A DNA stretch of 64,000 nucleotides, taken from NCBI GenBank assembly GCA_011620135.1, contig WOZS01000014.1, positions 130-64,129 of the forward strand, read 5' to 3'. A program made the position numbers and the translations under genes. Below, piece by piece: positions 1-9,237 of this stretch. Every line of letters begins with the position of its first letter. The stretch's first letter is position 1. Source of the DNA: Gammaproteobacteria bacterium. Lineage in GTDB: Bacteria > Pseudomonadota > Gammaproteobacteria > WOZS01. The notes beneath the pieces were generated by a model that saw only the letters and a list, made by a program, of their open reading frames with translations, had not been told where the DNA came from and made no database searches.

Positions 1-115
1 CACCTGGGAAGAGGGCATAACGCATTCCCTGATCCAATGCCGCCGGTACCCGGGAAAGAAAATGCCGCAGACAATCCTCCACAACCGCCATCCCGGGGTT
101 GCGTTCACAGGTCAT
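1..115 (-). CDS. ispA: farnesyl diphosphate synthase (IspA), N-terminal fragment; runs off the window start
   Basis: Reverse-strand translation from the ATG at 115 reads MTCERNPGMAVVEDCLRHFLSRVPAALDQGMRYALFPG. The ...M.Y.AL..GGKR spacing matches the IspA N-terminus. The xseB-ispA operon arrangement is conserved. The alternative M at 91..89 is also possible. Confidence 0.45.
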   Translation of the reverse strand, partial: MTCERNPGMAVVEDCLRHFLSRVPAALDQGMRYALFPG

Positions 116-158
116 GCCGGCAACATATGGCCAAAATAACAGCGAATATCAGGATGAT

Positions 159-437
159 TCATGGTGCGCATTGGTTTGCTTCATCGACCGTATCCGGCTG
201 ATCCGGTTCGGCCGACCATACCTCGACGCGTTGCTGCGCCTCCTTGAGGAGAGCCTCAGCCCGCCGTAACAGCCCCATCCCCGCCTCGAAGGCCTCGATG
301 GCATTGGCCAGACTCAAACGACCACTCTCCAGGCTGGTGACTAGCGTTTCCAATTGGTTTAGAGTTTTTTCAAAATCGCCTTCTTCCATACCCGTAGCAT
401 AATTCCTTTTGGGCCTCCTGAAAAGCAGCCAGAGCAT
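159..437 (-). CDS. xseB: exodeoxyribonuclease VII small subunit
   Basis: Six-frame ORF of 92 aa. The core GMEEGDFEKTLNQLETLVTSLESGRLSLANAIEAFEAGMGLLRRAEALLKEAQQRVE is typical XseB. The true start is more likely the internal ATG at 389 (MEEGDF...), giving about 76 aa. Confidence 0.85.
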   Translation of the reverse strand: MLWLLFRRPKRNYATGMEEGDFEKTLNQLETLVTSLESGRLSLANAIEAFEAGMGLLRRAEALLKEAQQRVEVWSAEPDQPDTVDEANQCAP

Positions 438-476
438 TGTTATCTAATAATCATATATATAAGGAATATTACCGAT

Positions 477-1823
477 ATGTCTGAAAACGTCCATTTTTGG
501 AAGGATATAGTCCGCTACCTCCAGGACCGCCTCGATGAACAAGAAATTGGGCGTTATCTCCGGCCGCTCCAGGCCACCTGGGAAGACGACGCCTTGTTGT
601 TGTTGGGCCCCAATCGATTCGTCGTGGAACATGTCAAAACGCATTATCTCCCGCTCATCGAGCAAGCCCTGCAACAGCTGCAGGGTCTTACCGAGATACC
701 GATCCGCATCGCGGTAGGGTCCCATGAGGGACACCAGGAACAAGTCCAGGAACATGAGGCCGGCAAGCATGTTCCCCCAGGAAACATGAAAAATCCCCAA
801 AATGGTCTCACTCCGGGATTCATTTTTGAAAGTTTCGTGGAAGGTAAATCAAACCAGGTGGCCTTGGCAGCTGCCAAGGCCGTCGGCAGCCGCCCTGGTA
901 CCATGTACAATCCACTATGTATCTATGGTGGTGTCGGTCTGGGAAAAACCCACCTGATGCACGGTATCGGCCATTACATCATGGATCATGATCAATCAGC
1001 CTATGTGACCTATCGCCATTCCGAGGGCTTCGTGGCTGATATGGTCCGCGCACTGCGCCAGAACCGCATGGATGAATTCAAGGCCACCCACCGCAAGGTC
1101 AACGCGCTGCTGGTGGATGACATCCAGTTCCTGGCCGGCAAGGAGCGTTCCCAGGAGGAATTTTTCAACACATTCAATTCTCTTCTGGAAAGCGGTCGTC
1201 AGCTGGTGATTACCTGCGACCGCTATCCCCAGGAGGTCAAGGGTATCGAGGAAAGGTTGCGTTCGAGATTCGATTCAGGACTCACCATTGCCATTGACCC
1301 ACCCGATTTTGAAACCAGAGCCGCGATCATCAGCAAAAAAGCAGAGCTCTTGCAGGTGGAATTGCCGGACGATGTGATCTACTTCATCGCTAGGCGTATC
1401 CGTTCCAATGTCCGTGAACTTGAAGGCGCCATGCGGCGGGTGGTGGCCACCGCCCAGTTCCTGGGACATGCCATCGATCTGGACTTCACCAAGGCAACAC
1501 TCAAGGATCTTATTGCCTCCCACAACCGCATGATCTCCATTGATGATATACAAAAAGTAGTTTCTGAATATTACAAGATTCGTATAAATGATATGCTCTC
1601 AAGCAGTCGTACGCGCCGCCTCAGCAGACCAAGGCAATTGGCCATGGCTTTGGCCAAGGAGCTCACCAATTGCAGTCTACCGGATATCGGTCGCCATTTT
1701 GGGGGACGGGATCATACCACAGTTTTACATGCCTGTCGCACCATTGATAACCTGCGCATGGAGGATAAAACGGTGGAAGAAGATTATCGTCTTCTCGTCC
1801 GTAGACTGCGTGATCTAAACTGA
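477..1823 (+). CDS. dnaA: chromosomal replication initiator protein DnaA
   Basis: 448-aa ORF. It carries the Walker A motif GGVGLGKTHLMHGIG, an AAA+ domain and the C-terminal DNA-binding domain (TNCSLPDIGRHFGGRDHTTVLHACRTI). Confidence 0.97.
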   Translation: MSENVHFWKDIVRYLQDRLDEQEIGRYLRPLQATWEDDALLLLGPNRFVVEHVKTHYLPLIEQALQQLQGLTEIPIRIAVGSHEGHQEQVQEHEAGKHVPPGNMKNPQNGLTPGFIFESFVEGKSNQVALAAAKAVGSRPGTMYNPLCIYGGVGLGKTHLMHGIGHYIMDHDQSAYVTYRHSEGFVADMVRALRQNRMDEFKATHRKVNALLVDDIQFLAGKERSQEEFFNTFNSLLESGRQLVITCDRYPQEVKGIEERLRSRFDSGLTIAIDPPDFETRAAIISKKAELLQVELPDDVIYFIARRIRSNVRELEGAMRRVVATAQFLGHAIDLDFTKATLKDLIASHNRMISIDDIQKVVSEYYKIRINDMLSSSRTRRLSRPRQLAMALAKELTNCSLPDIGRHFGGRDHTTVLHACRTIDNLRMEDKTVEEDYRLLVRRLRDLN

Positions 1824-1831
1824 ACACAACC

Positions 1832-1887
1832 TGGGGATAACTTGTCATGGGGCTGTGGATTGCTGGTATGCCGAAAAGTTATCCACA
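1832..1887. promoter_or_regulatory. cluster of DnaA boxes in the dnaA-dnaN intergenic region
   Basis: A perfect TTATCCACA lies at 1879..1887. TGGGGATAA at 1832..1840 matches the reverse-complement box TGTGGATAA at 8 of 9 positions. TGTGGATTG at 1854..1862 matches at 7 of 9. An AT-rich tract (ggtttaaatatatag) follows at 1966..1980. Confidence 0.5.
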
Positions 1888-1981
1888 GAATATTCCACTT
1901 TTTTTCAGGCTCTGCTGCCCGCTGACAGCAGACATCCCACAGATTTATGCATCACTACTACCATAGGTTTAAATATATAGA

Positions 1982-3088
1982 ATGATAGAGTTAACAGTCT
2001 CAGGACATGACCTGAATCGAGCCATGGGTTCCATCATGGGTGTGGTGGAACGCTCCCCAAAGCTCCCCATCCTGGGTCATGTTCTTCTCTTGATTCAAGA
2101 AAATACCATTTCTTTATATGGTAGTGATGGAGACATGACCTTGCGTCTCGATCTGCCGGTTACCTCTACGGAATGCCTGGGTTGCTGCGTGGCAGCCCGG
2201 CGTCTCTATGAGATCACCAGGACAGCCGGCGAGGCAGAAACCTTACGTCTGCAATGGCGCCAGAACCGCTTGACGGTATCGGGAAACGGCTATCGGTATA
2301 CCCTCGCAACCCTGAATGACAGTGACTTTCCCAATATCCTGATCGAGCACAAAGAAGGCCCTGAGGTCATCGTCCACCAGGGCGTTTTAAGCACCTTATT
2401 GGAACGTACAGCCTTTGCCATGGCGCATCAGGATCTGCGCTTCTTTCTCAATGGTGTCTTTATTCATAGCGAAACAGACACCCTGACAGCTGTGGCCACA
2501 GACAGTCACCGGCTGGCGCTGGCTACAGCCCCTCTCGATCATCAGCAGTCTGACTTGCGGGCCATCCTGCCCCGCAAGACCGTGCTCGAATTGCGGCGGC
2601 TCTTGTCCAGTAAGGAAGAAGAGGACAGGGTGCATGTGCAATGGCATGAGGAGATCATCTCCTTCTACACCCCGCAATGGACATTGCAAAGCAAGACCGT
2701 GGCAGGACGTTATCCAGACTACAAAGTGGTGCTGCCCAAGGAGACATCAGGCCAGATGAGACTGGACCGTCAGGCCTTGCTCACGGCTTTGAGGCGTGCT
2801 GCCTTGGTGAGTGATGAGGTGACGGCCGCCGAGTTTGCTGTTGCAGATACCGGTGAACTGGTCATCAGCGCAGGGCAGAACGAACAGTTCGAGACACGCC
2901 TTGCGGTACAGGCGCGAGGTCAGCCCTTGCAGGCCGCCTATAACATTCGCTACCTGACAGACGCCCTGGCGGTGGTTGAAGCGCCGGAGGTGGAGCTTGC
3001 CTATGTGGAAGGGGGTCTTGGGCCATTAACCATCCATGACAGTACAGCCCCCACCTGGCTTGGCCTGGTGATGCCCATCCGATTGTGA
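1982..3088 (+). CDS. dnaN: DNA polymerase III beta sliding clamp
   Basis: 368-aa ORF with a typical beta-clamp three-domain sequence (MIELTV..., ...LGLVMPIRL C-terminus). It sits immediately downstream of dnaA. Confidence 0.96.
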   Translation: MIELTVSGHDLNRAMGSIMGVVERSPKLPILGHVLLLIQENTISLYGSDGDMTLRLDLPVTSTECLGCCVAARRLYEITRTAGEAETLRLQWRQNRLTVSGNGYRYTLATLNDSDFPNILIEHKEGPEVIVHQGVLSTLLERTAFAMAHQDLRFFLNGVFIHSETDTLTAVATDSHRLALATAPLDHQQSDLRAILPRKTVLELRRLLSSKEEEDRVHVQWHEEIISFYTPQWTLQSKTVAGRYPDYKVVLPKETSGQMRLDRQALLTALRRAALVSDEVTAAEFAVADTGELVISAGQNEQFETRLAVQARGQPLQAAYNIRYLTDALAVVEAPEVELAYVEGGLGPLTIHDSTAPTWLGLVMPIRL

Positions 3089-3100
3089 TGGAGAGCATCT

Positions 3101-4630
3101 TCAAGGTGCATATTCGCCAAGGCGCAGATGCACCTTGGCCTGATGCAGCCGGTGCGCTTCTTCTGCCAGATTGGCACGCAGCAAGGGGCGCTGGTCGAGC
3201 CAGCCTTTCTGGGTATCGAGATGCAAGGTGGGATAAGTGCCATGAATGGTCCAGGGCGGCGGGGGCTGCAACAAGCGGTTGCGATTGAGCAGCACCGCAA
3301 GTCTCAAGGTGATGCACAGACCCAGCAGGGAACGTTGGGCTCCATCCAGCTTGCGCGCATTCATGGTGAGCCGTCTTCTGTGATTGCGCACCAGCATGAC
3401 CAGGATGTGGCGCTGCCGTTCCGTGAAGCCTGCCAGGTGGGCATGGCGCAGCAGATAGGCGCCATGCTTGTGGTAACCCACATGGGAGATGGCCTGGCCG
3501 ATCTCGTGGAGACAGGCGGCATAGCGTAGAATATCCGGATCGGATGGGTCCTGGTCCAGTGACCAGGCCGAGGCAATTTGTGGCCACAGGGCCTGTGCCG
3601 TGTTGGCAACCCGGATACCGTGTCGGTCATCCAAGCTGAAGCGTCGCTGCATGCCCTGGATGGTTTTTTCCCGGGTGTCACTGGCTATTTCGGGTCGCAC
3701 CAGCTCCACCATGATACCCTCCCGCAAGGCGGCATCCGTCACCTGGACATGGGAAAGGTTCAGGCCATCCATCACGCCTCGCAAAATGGCAAGGCCAGCC
3801 GGAAAAACCTCGGCGCGGTCGGGAATGAGGGCAAGCAGCTTGTTCCTGTTCATGGTCTGCCCCTGGAAGAGCTGCTTTTCAAGCGAATCGAGCGCTGCGC
3901 TGGTGATGGCGTTTCCCTGGAGCAGATCGAAATACTCCAGCAGGTATCTCACTACCCGCACCGAGCCCGAGGCCCCGTAAACCACCTCGGGGGTGCCCAT
4001 CCCGGGACACAGATGACAGACCTGGCTTTGCGCGCTGAACCTGGCCTGCAGTAAGCGGTTCTTGCTGATGGGTTGTTGGGGTGGGAAAAAGCGCTTGCTG
4101 AAACTCACACAACCCATGGGAATGCTATCCTGCCAGTCGGGTTCTTCCGCTGTACCGCCAGCTAATTCCGTGCTGCCGCCACCGATATCGAAAACCAGCA
4201 TGTTCTGGCCATGGATACCCTCCCGCCAGGCAATGCCCCGATAGATCAGCCGGGCTTCCTCTTCCCCGGGAATGATCTCGATGGGCACACCCAGTACCTC
4301 ACTGGCCTGATGCAGGAAGTCATCGAGGCTCTTGTTCTCGCGGAAAGCCTGGGTACCAACGGCCCGTATGTGGTGACGCGGTACGGCGCTGAGCCTTTCG
4401 GCAAAACGGGCAATACAGGCCATGGCCTGCTCGATGATGCCTGGAGCAACGCGCCCTGTGTGATCCACACCCTGGGCAAGGCGCACCGTTTCCCGGATAC
4501 GGTCCGTGATGTGGATGGTCTCATGGACCCGGCGTACCACCAGCAGGTAGAAGCTGTTGGAACCCAGATCGATGGCAGCATAATCACCATCCATGGTTGT
4601 TTGCGTTGTTTGGCTTTCAGGATGGGACAT
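3101..4630 (-). CDS. ppx: exopolyphosphatase / guanosine pentaphosphate phosphohydrolase (Ppx/GppA family)
   Basis: 509 aa. It has N-terminal actin-like ATPase motifs (AAIDLGSNSFYLLVV, DIGGGSTE) and a C-terminal HD-like region characteristic of Ppx/GppA. Confidence 0.9.
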   Translation of the reverse strand: MSHPESQTTQTTMDGDYAAIDLGSNSFYLLVVRRVHETIHITDRIRETVRLAQGVDHTGRVAPGIIEQAMACIARFAERLSAVPRHHIRAVGTQAFRENKSLDDFLHQASEVLGVPIEIIPGEEEARLIYRGIAWREGIHGQNMLVFDIGGGSTELAGGTAEEPDWQDSIPMGCVSFSKRFFPPQQPISKNRLLQARFSAQSQVCHLCPGMGTPEVVYGASGSVRVVRYLLEYFDLLQGNAITSAALDSLEKQLFQGQTMNRNKLLALIPDRAEVFPAGLAILRGVMDGLNLSHVQVTDAALREGIMVELVRPEIASDTREKTIQGMQRRFSLDDRHGIRVANTAQALWPQIASAWSLDQDPSDPDILRYAACLHEIGQAISHVGYHKHGAYLLRHAHLAGFTERQRHILVMLVRNHRRRLTMNARKLDGAQRSLLGLCITLRLAVLLNRNRLLQPPPPWTIHGTYPTLHLDTQKGWLDQRPLLRANLAEEAHRLHQAKVHLRLGEYAP

Positions 4631-4918
4631 GAGAAAATATTGTCATTGGTGTCATGCAGTCCCTTTGGTGACAGATGCGTCAATTTGACTTTGCATTGTA
4701 GCAACCAATTTTTCTTTCTGAAAAGCCACTTCAAGAAGATGGCTATGGCGGGATTGCGTTTGTATTTCTGCTCCTGGCGGGGCCGATCCTGCAAAGGGAT
4801 AGTCATCCCGATGGCATCACGAGATCGGGTTTCACGCCATGCATATCACCAATACGAATATTTCGGGTTTTGAGGAGGTCTCTATGCCATCAAGGATCCC
4901 TGGCGTCTCTATCCTCTG

Positions 4919-6925
4919 GTGGAGCGGGACATGGCTGCAATGACCAAGGCAGGCACAACCGGCCCTGATGTGGCCATGTCCCAACAACGCATCGCCATCG
5001 AGCGCGTCACCCCATGTGTCGAAGGGGGGCGTTTTCCCGCTAAGGATGTGGTGGGGGCTCAGGTGACAGTGGAAGCGGACATCTTCTGTGATGGGCACGA
5101 TGTGCTGCGTGCTGCGGTGGTCTTCCGCCATCACGACGTCAATACCTGGCAAGAAGCCCCCATGAGCCATTTCGACAATGATCGCTGGAGGGGTTTTCTG
5201 TCTCTGTCCCGGATGGGACTCCATGAGTTTTACATCCTCGCTTGGCGCGACCTCTACGCCAGTTGGCGGCATGGACTCGAGAAGAAAAAGGTGGCAAACC
5301 AGACCATCACCTCGGAACTGCTGGAAGGCCGGGACATGGTGATTGAGGCATTGCAGAAGCACCAGAAGACCGCAGCCTTGGTCAAGACCATCGGTGAGGC
5401 CTCGGGCGACGAGGCCTTGGACAGGCTGTTGTGCAGTGAGGAGACGGCCTCTGCCATGGCCAGCTATGCAGACCGCGCCAATCTGTCCACCTCGAATCAC
5501 CCAGGCCCTGGCTTTCCGCTGCTGGCCTTGCGTCATAAGGCACGCTTCGGCTCCTGGTATGAGATGTTCCCCAGGTCGCAAAGCGGAGATGGTCAGCGCC
5601 ACGGCACCTTCGACGATGTCATCGGCAGATTGCCGGCCATCCAGGAGATGGGCTTCGATGTGCTGTATTTCCCCCCCATCCATCCCATCGGGCACACCAA
5701 CCGCAAGGGTAAGAACAACAGCCTCAAGGCGGAACCCGGCGATGTGGGCAGCGTCTATGCCATCGGAGATGAAACAGGCGGCCATACCGCCATCCATCCC
5801 GAGTTGGGCACCCTGGATGATTTCAGGCGGCTGGTAAAGGTCGCTGAGCGCCATGGCCTGGAGATCGCCCTGGATTTCGCCATCCAGTGTTCCCTGGATC
5901 ATCCCTGGATCAAGGAACATCCCCAGTGGTTCCGCTGGCGCCCGGATGGCAGCATCCATTATGCGGAAAACCCGCCCAAGCGCTACGAGGACATCGTCAA
6001 TGTGGAGTTCTATGGCAAAGCCTTCCCGGATTCCTGGATAGCGCTGTGCGATGTGGTGCGCTTCTGGATCGACCAGGGTGTCCGCATCTTCAGGGTGGAC
6101 AATCCCCATACCAAGCCGCTACCGTTTTGGGAGTGGATGCTGCGGGAGATCCATGACTATCGCCCCGATGTGTTCTTTTTATCCGAGGCCTTCACCAGGC
6201 CAAAGATGATGTATCGTCTCGCCAAGGTGGGTTTCGAGCAGAGCTATACCTATTTCATCTGGCGCAACACCAAGGAAGAAATCACCTCCTATCTTCAGGA
6301 ACTGGCCTATGGACCGCCGCGGGAGTTCTTCGGTCCCAATTTCTTCGTCAATACGCCGGACATCAACCCGTTTTTCCTGCAAAACGGCGGAAGGCCTGCT
6401 TTCCTGATCCGTCTGGCACTGGCTGGCTTGCTCTGCGGCAGTTGGGGCATGTACAACGGTTTCGAGCTGTGCGAGGCCACTCCCCTGCCGGGCCGCGAGG
6501 AATACCTGGACTCGGAGAAGTATCAACTCAAGGCGTGGGATTATGATCGTCCAGGTCATATCAAGGAGGAGATCGCTGCGATCAACAGGATCCGGTTGGA
6601 GAACAAGGCGCTGTGGGATCACCGCGGCGTCGTGTTCTATAATATCTGGGATCCCAACCTGTTGAGCTTTGGCCGATGGAGCGCAGACAGGGAAAACATG
6701 CTGCTGGTGTTCGTCAATCTGGACCCCCATCAGGGTCATGGGGCCCACTTCGAGGTGCCCCTGTGGGAATGGGGGCTTGCCGATCATGAGGCGGTGGCTG
6801 TGGAGGATCTGTGCGAGCAGCATCGGTTCATATGGCAGGGCAAGGTGCAGTACATGTGGATCGAACCTGCCCCCCTGCCGTATCGTATCTATCGCCTGAC
6901 GCCACGGCTCGATAAGGGGGGCTGA
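4919..6925 (+). CDS. glgE: alpha-1,4-glucan:maltose-1-phosphate maltosyltransferase (GlgE family, GH13_3)
   Basis: 668 aa. The N-terminal domain RIAIERVTPCVEGGRFPAKDVVG and the catalytic region VLYFPPIHPIGHTNRKGKNNS...FRVDNPHTKP are GlgE-like. The start may be the downstream ATG near 4976 (MSQQRIAIERV). Confidence 0.85.
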   Translation: MERDMAAMTKAGTTGPDVAMSQQRIAIERVTPCVEGGRFPAKDVVGAQVTVEADIFCDGHDVLRAAVVFRHHDVNTWQEAPMSHFDNDRWRGFLSLSRMGLHEFYILAWRDLYASWRHGLEKKKVANQTITSELLEGRDMVIEALQKHQKTAALVKTIGEASGDEALDRLLCSEETASAMASYADRANLSTSNHPGPGFPLLALRHKARFGSWYEMFPRSQSGDGQRHGTFDDVIGRLPAIQEMGFDVLYFPPIHPIGHTNRKGKNNSLKAEPGDVGSVYAIGDETGGHTAIHPELGTLDDFRRLVKVAERHGLEIALDFAIQCSLDHPWIKEHPQWFRWRPDGSIHYAENPPKRYEDIVNVEFYGKAFPDSWIALCDVVRFWIDQGVRIFRVDNPHTKPLPFWEWMLREIHDYRPDVFFLSEAFTRPKMMYRLAKVGFEQSYTYFIWRNTKEEITSYLQELAYGPPREFFGPNFFVNTPDINPFFLQNGGRPAFLIRLALAGLLCGSWGMYNGFELCEATPLPGREEYLDSEKYQLKAWDYDRPGHIKEEIAAINRIRLENKALWDHRGVVFYNIWDPNLLSFGRWSADRENMLLVFVNLDPHQGHGAHFEVPLWEWGLADHEAVAVEDLCEQHRFIWQGKVQYMWIEPAPLPYRIYRLTPRLDKGG

Positions 6926-7548
6926 TTGGTCGTGATGCGCCGCTGATCCCGTGCCGCTTGCGGTGGTTTTCTTTCCGGTTTGGCCACCACTTTTTCTGAT
7001 TTGGCAACCACCGTACGCCGCGGCGTCGACGTGGGGCTCGGTGCCCAGGTAAGATGCAATTCCCGGCGTTGCGTACCCTGCCCCAGAATGACCACGTCTG
7101 GCAACACCTCGGTGATGGGCAGGCCATCGAGGCTTTCCCCGACGCCGAGGCGCTTGGTTTCCTTGGTGGCGCGGTTTTCGATGATGGCGAAACGGCGTTG
7201 CCCAGAGACCACAGTGCCGGATAGACGGTAGCGCTCATCGCCGCTGCTGACAGACGCTGCCTCTGCTGCAGGCAGTTTGCGGTCGGGATAGAAAGGTGGC
7301 TGACGTAGGCTGGCGCGCAGTTCCTCGCGGCGCGGCCAGCTTGGCTGGGGTGGCTGGTCCTTTTGTTCCGGCATGGCTGCCACAGGAAGCATGGGCTTTT
7401 GGTCCGCGTCCGCCTGGTGGGCTAATGTCTGCATGGTGTGTCGACCATGTAGGATGAGCGCCAGCGCCACGGTACCCAGCAGCATAGACAGGCTGCCCAG
7501 GGAGATTGCAGCGGCGGTGCGCGGTGTGATGGCATGCAGCCTGCTCAT
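6889..7548 (-). CDS. gspC: T2SS inner-membrane component, GspC-like (short XpsN-type, no PDZ domain)
   Basis: 219 aa. It has an N-terminal TM segment (LGSLSMLLGTVALALIL), a Pro-rich linker and an HR-like segment (RYRLSGTVVSGQRRFAIIENRATKETKRLGVGESLDGLPITEVLPDVVILGQGTQRRELHL). It lies last in the gsp operon, as XpsN does in Xanthomonas-type clusters. Its 3' end overlaps glgE convergently by 37 bp. Confidence 0.5.
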   Translation of the reverse strand: MSRLHAITPRTAAAISLGSLSMLLGTVALALILHGRHTMQTLAHQADADQKPMLPVAAMPEQKDQPPQPSWPRREELRASLRQPPFYPDRKLPAAEAASVSSGDERYRLSGTVVSGQRRFAIIENRATKETKRLGVGESLDGLPITEVLPDVVILGQGTQRRELHLTWAPSPTSTPRRTVVAKSEKVVAKPERKPPQAARDQRRITTNQPPLSSRGVRR

Positions 7549-8123
7549 GGCGCCTTGGCCTGGTAACCCGATACCTCCAGCATGACCTGCAGGGTGCCTG
7601 TGACGTTTGTGGTGGACGAGGAGAAGGCGTGGCGGTTGGTGATGGAGATATCCTCCACGAACAAGGCCGGTTCATGGGTTTCAAGGTCATAGAGCAGGGC
7701 CGTGAGCTGATCGGCCCGGGCCATCATCGACAGGCGTACTGCCTGTTGGGGGATACCTCCCTGGCTGATACCCGGTTTTTCCTGGGCACTGGTCAACGTG
7801 GCGCCATGCTGTTCCACCATGGCCTTGACGGTATCGGCCAGGCCGCTGCCGGCAGGCCAGTAGCCGGCACGGTCGTGGTCGCGCCGCAGTGTGGCAAGCT
7901 GGGCTTGCAGCGCGGGCAGTCTGGCTGCCACATCACGATAGCGTTGCAACGAGTCTCTGCTTGTGGCGCGGCGCTGCGACAGATCCTGGTAAGTGGATAA
8001 CCAGGGAATGCCCAGCGAGACCACCGGGAGACTGACCACGAGGCACAACAGCGCCACGGCCAGGGCCCGACTACGGTTCCAGTCCTTCTTCTTCATCCAG
8101 TGCATCATTGGATAGTCCATCAC
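7545..8123 (-). CDS. gspM: type II secretion system protein M
   Basis: 192 aa with a single N-terminal TM segment (ALAVALLCLVVSLPVV) and a periplasmic domain. Position after gspL supports the call. The start is probably an internal ATG around 8096. Confidence 0.6.
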   Translation of the reverse strand: MMDYPMMHWMKKKDWNRSRALAVALLCLVVSLPVVSLGIPWLSTYQDLSQRRATSRDSLQRYRDVAARLPALQAQLATLRRDHDRAGYWPAGSGLADTVKAMVEQHGATLTSAQEKPGISQGGIPQQAVRLSMMARADQLTALLYDLETHEPALFVEDISITNRHAFSSSTTNVTGTLQVMLEVSGYQAKAP

Positions 8124-9237
8124 CGTTTATGGGGTTGTCCTGGGTTGCCGCAGGGGACCGGCCCAGGAGCGCGCGCAGCTGAAAGCGCTCCTTATCCCGG
8201 GAGTTGTCCTCAACGGCAGGGGCCTCGAAGGTGGCATGTTGCCAATAACGGGATTTTTTCATGGCCGCCAGCACATCCTTGGCCGAGGCGGCCATGCCCC
8301 AGATGACCACCTCGCTGCCTGACTGGCGCATCATATAAACCCAGGCATCCAGGGGCAGGTGGAGGGCCAGGTCTTCGATGACCATGAAAACCGGCGGCTG
8401 CCTGCTGCGCCGTTTGGCCAGGAAGGCCGTTTCCGTCTTGATCTGTTCCAGCTGTTGTCGGATGGCCGAGGCTTCCAAGGCCTGAGCGCGCGCGCGTTGT
8501 GACTGGGTCTCCAGGATGGCCAGTTCCTGGGACATGAAATGCAACGGGAGCCACAGGGTCAGCGCCAGGGTCGCCAAGGTCAGCAAACCCAGCCATGGCA
8601 AAGGGGATCGCAGCTTCTGGCGCCAATTTCCAAGCTCCATGGCAGCAAAGAAATTCTTGATCAGCAGACCCTCGTCGCTCAGCAGGTCGTGGAGCTGGAA
8701 GCCCAGCTGTTTCAATGGCTGGATGACAGGGTCTGCCTTGGTGCGCGGGCAGACATACAAGGTGAGGTGCAGCAAGGAACCTGCTGTGTCGTGGAGATGC
8801 CAGCCGAAATAGACCTGCTCCTGGGGCCAGGGCGTCAGGCTCGCCATCTGGTAACCGAGGATGGAGTGCAGGCTGTTCCTGGCGCTGGCAGGCAGGCTCA
8901 CGGCACGCTTGAGAACCATGCCCGGTGGCAATTGTACAGCGATGGCCGCAGCATCGAGCCTGAGAGGGCGCAGGCTTTCCCGGATGGCGTGCGCATCTGG
9001 TGTCCCATCATCCAGGGGGATCTCCCGGAGCGGATGCAGAGGATCCGCGGCGGCGGCAACTTGCAGCGTGTTGCCCCGGGGGCGCAGGATCAAACGCCTG
9101 TTGTCCTGCTGCAGCCATTGCCGCAGGCCAGGTGGCAGGAGCCCCAGGAGCTCCTTGCGCCACCATTGCCACCAGGTGGAGAATACCTGGCCCATGTCCA
9201 TGTTGAGCAGACCTGGTTTGTTTATGGTTCGCGCCAT
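8071..9237 (-). CDS. gspL: type II secretion system protein L
   Basis: 388 aa with a cytoplasmic domain, a central TM segment (LPWLGLLTLATLALTLWL) and a periplasmic domain. Position between gspK and gspM supports the call. Confidence 0.7.
   Translation of the reverse strand: MARTINKPGLLNMDMGQVFSTWWQWWRKELLGLLPPGLRQWLQQDNRRLILRPRGNTLQVAAAADPLHPLREIPLDDGTPDAHAIRESLRPLRLDAAAIAVQLPPGMVLKRAVSLPASARNSLHSILGYQMASLTPWPQEQVYFGWHLHDTAGSLLHLTLYVCPRTKADPVIQPLKQLGFQLHDLLSDEGLLIKNFFAAMELGNWRQKLRSPLPWLGLLTLATLALTLWLPLHFMSQELAILETQSQRARAQALEASAIRQQLEQIKTETAFLAKRRSRQPPVFMVIEDLALHLPLDAWVYMMRQSGSEVVIWGMAASAKDVLAAMKKSRYWQHATFEAPAVEDNSRDKERFQLRALLGRSPAATQDNPINGDGLSNDALDEEEGLEP

Noticed and set aside
4832-6109. 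425-aa ORF antisense to glgE
   Set aside because: Antisense ORFs of this kind are expected by chance at ~64% GC. It lies entirely inside a well-supported gene on the opposite strand and has a low-complexity G/A/P-rich translation.
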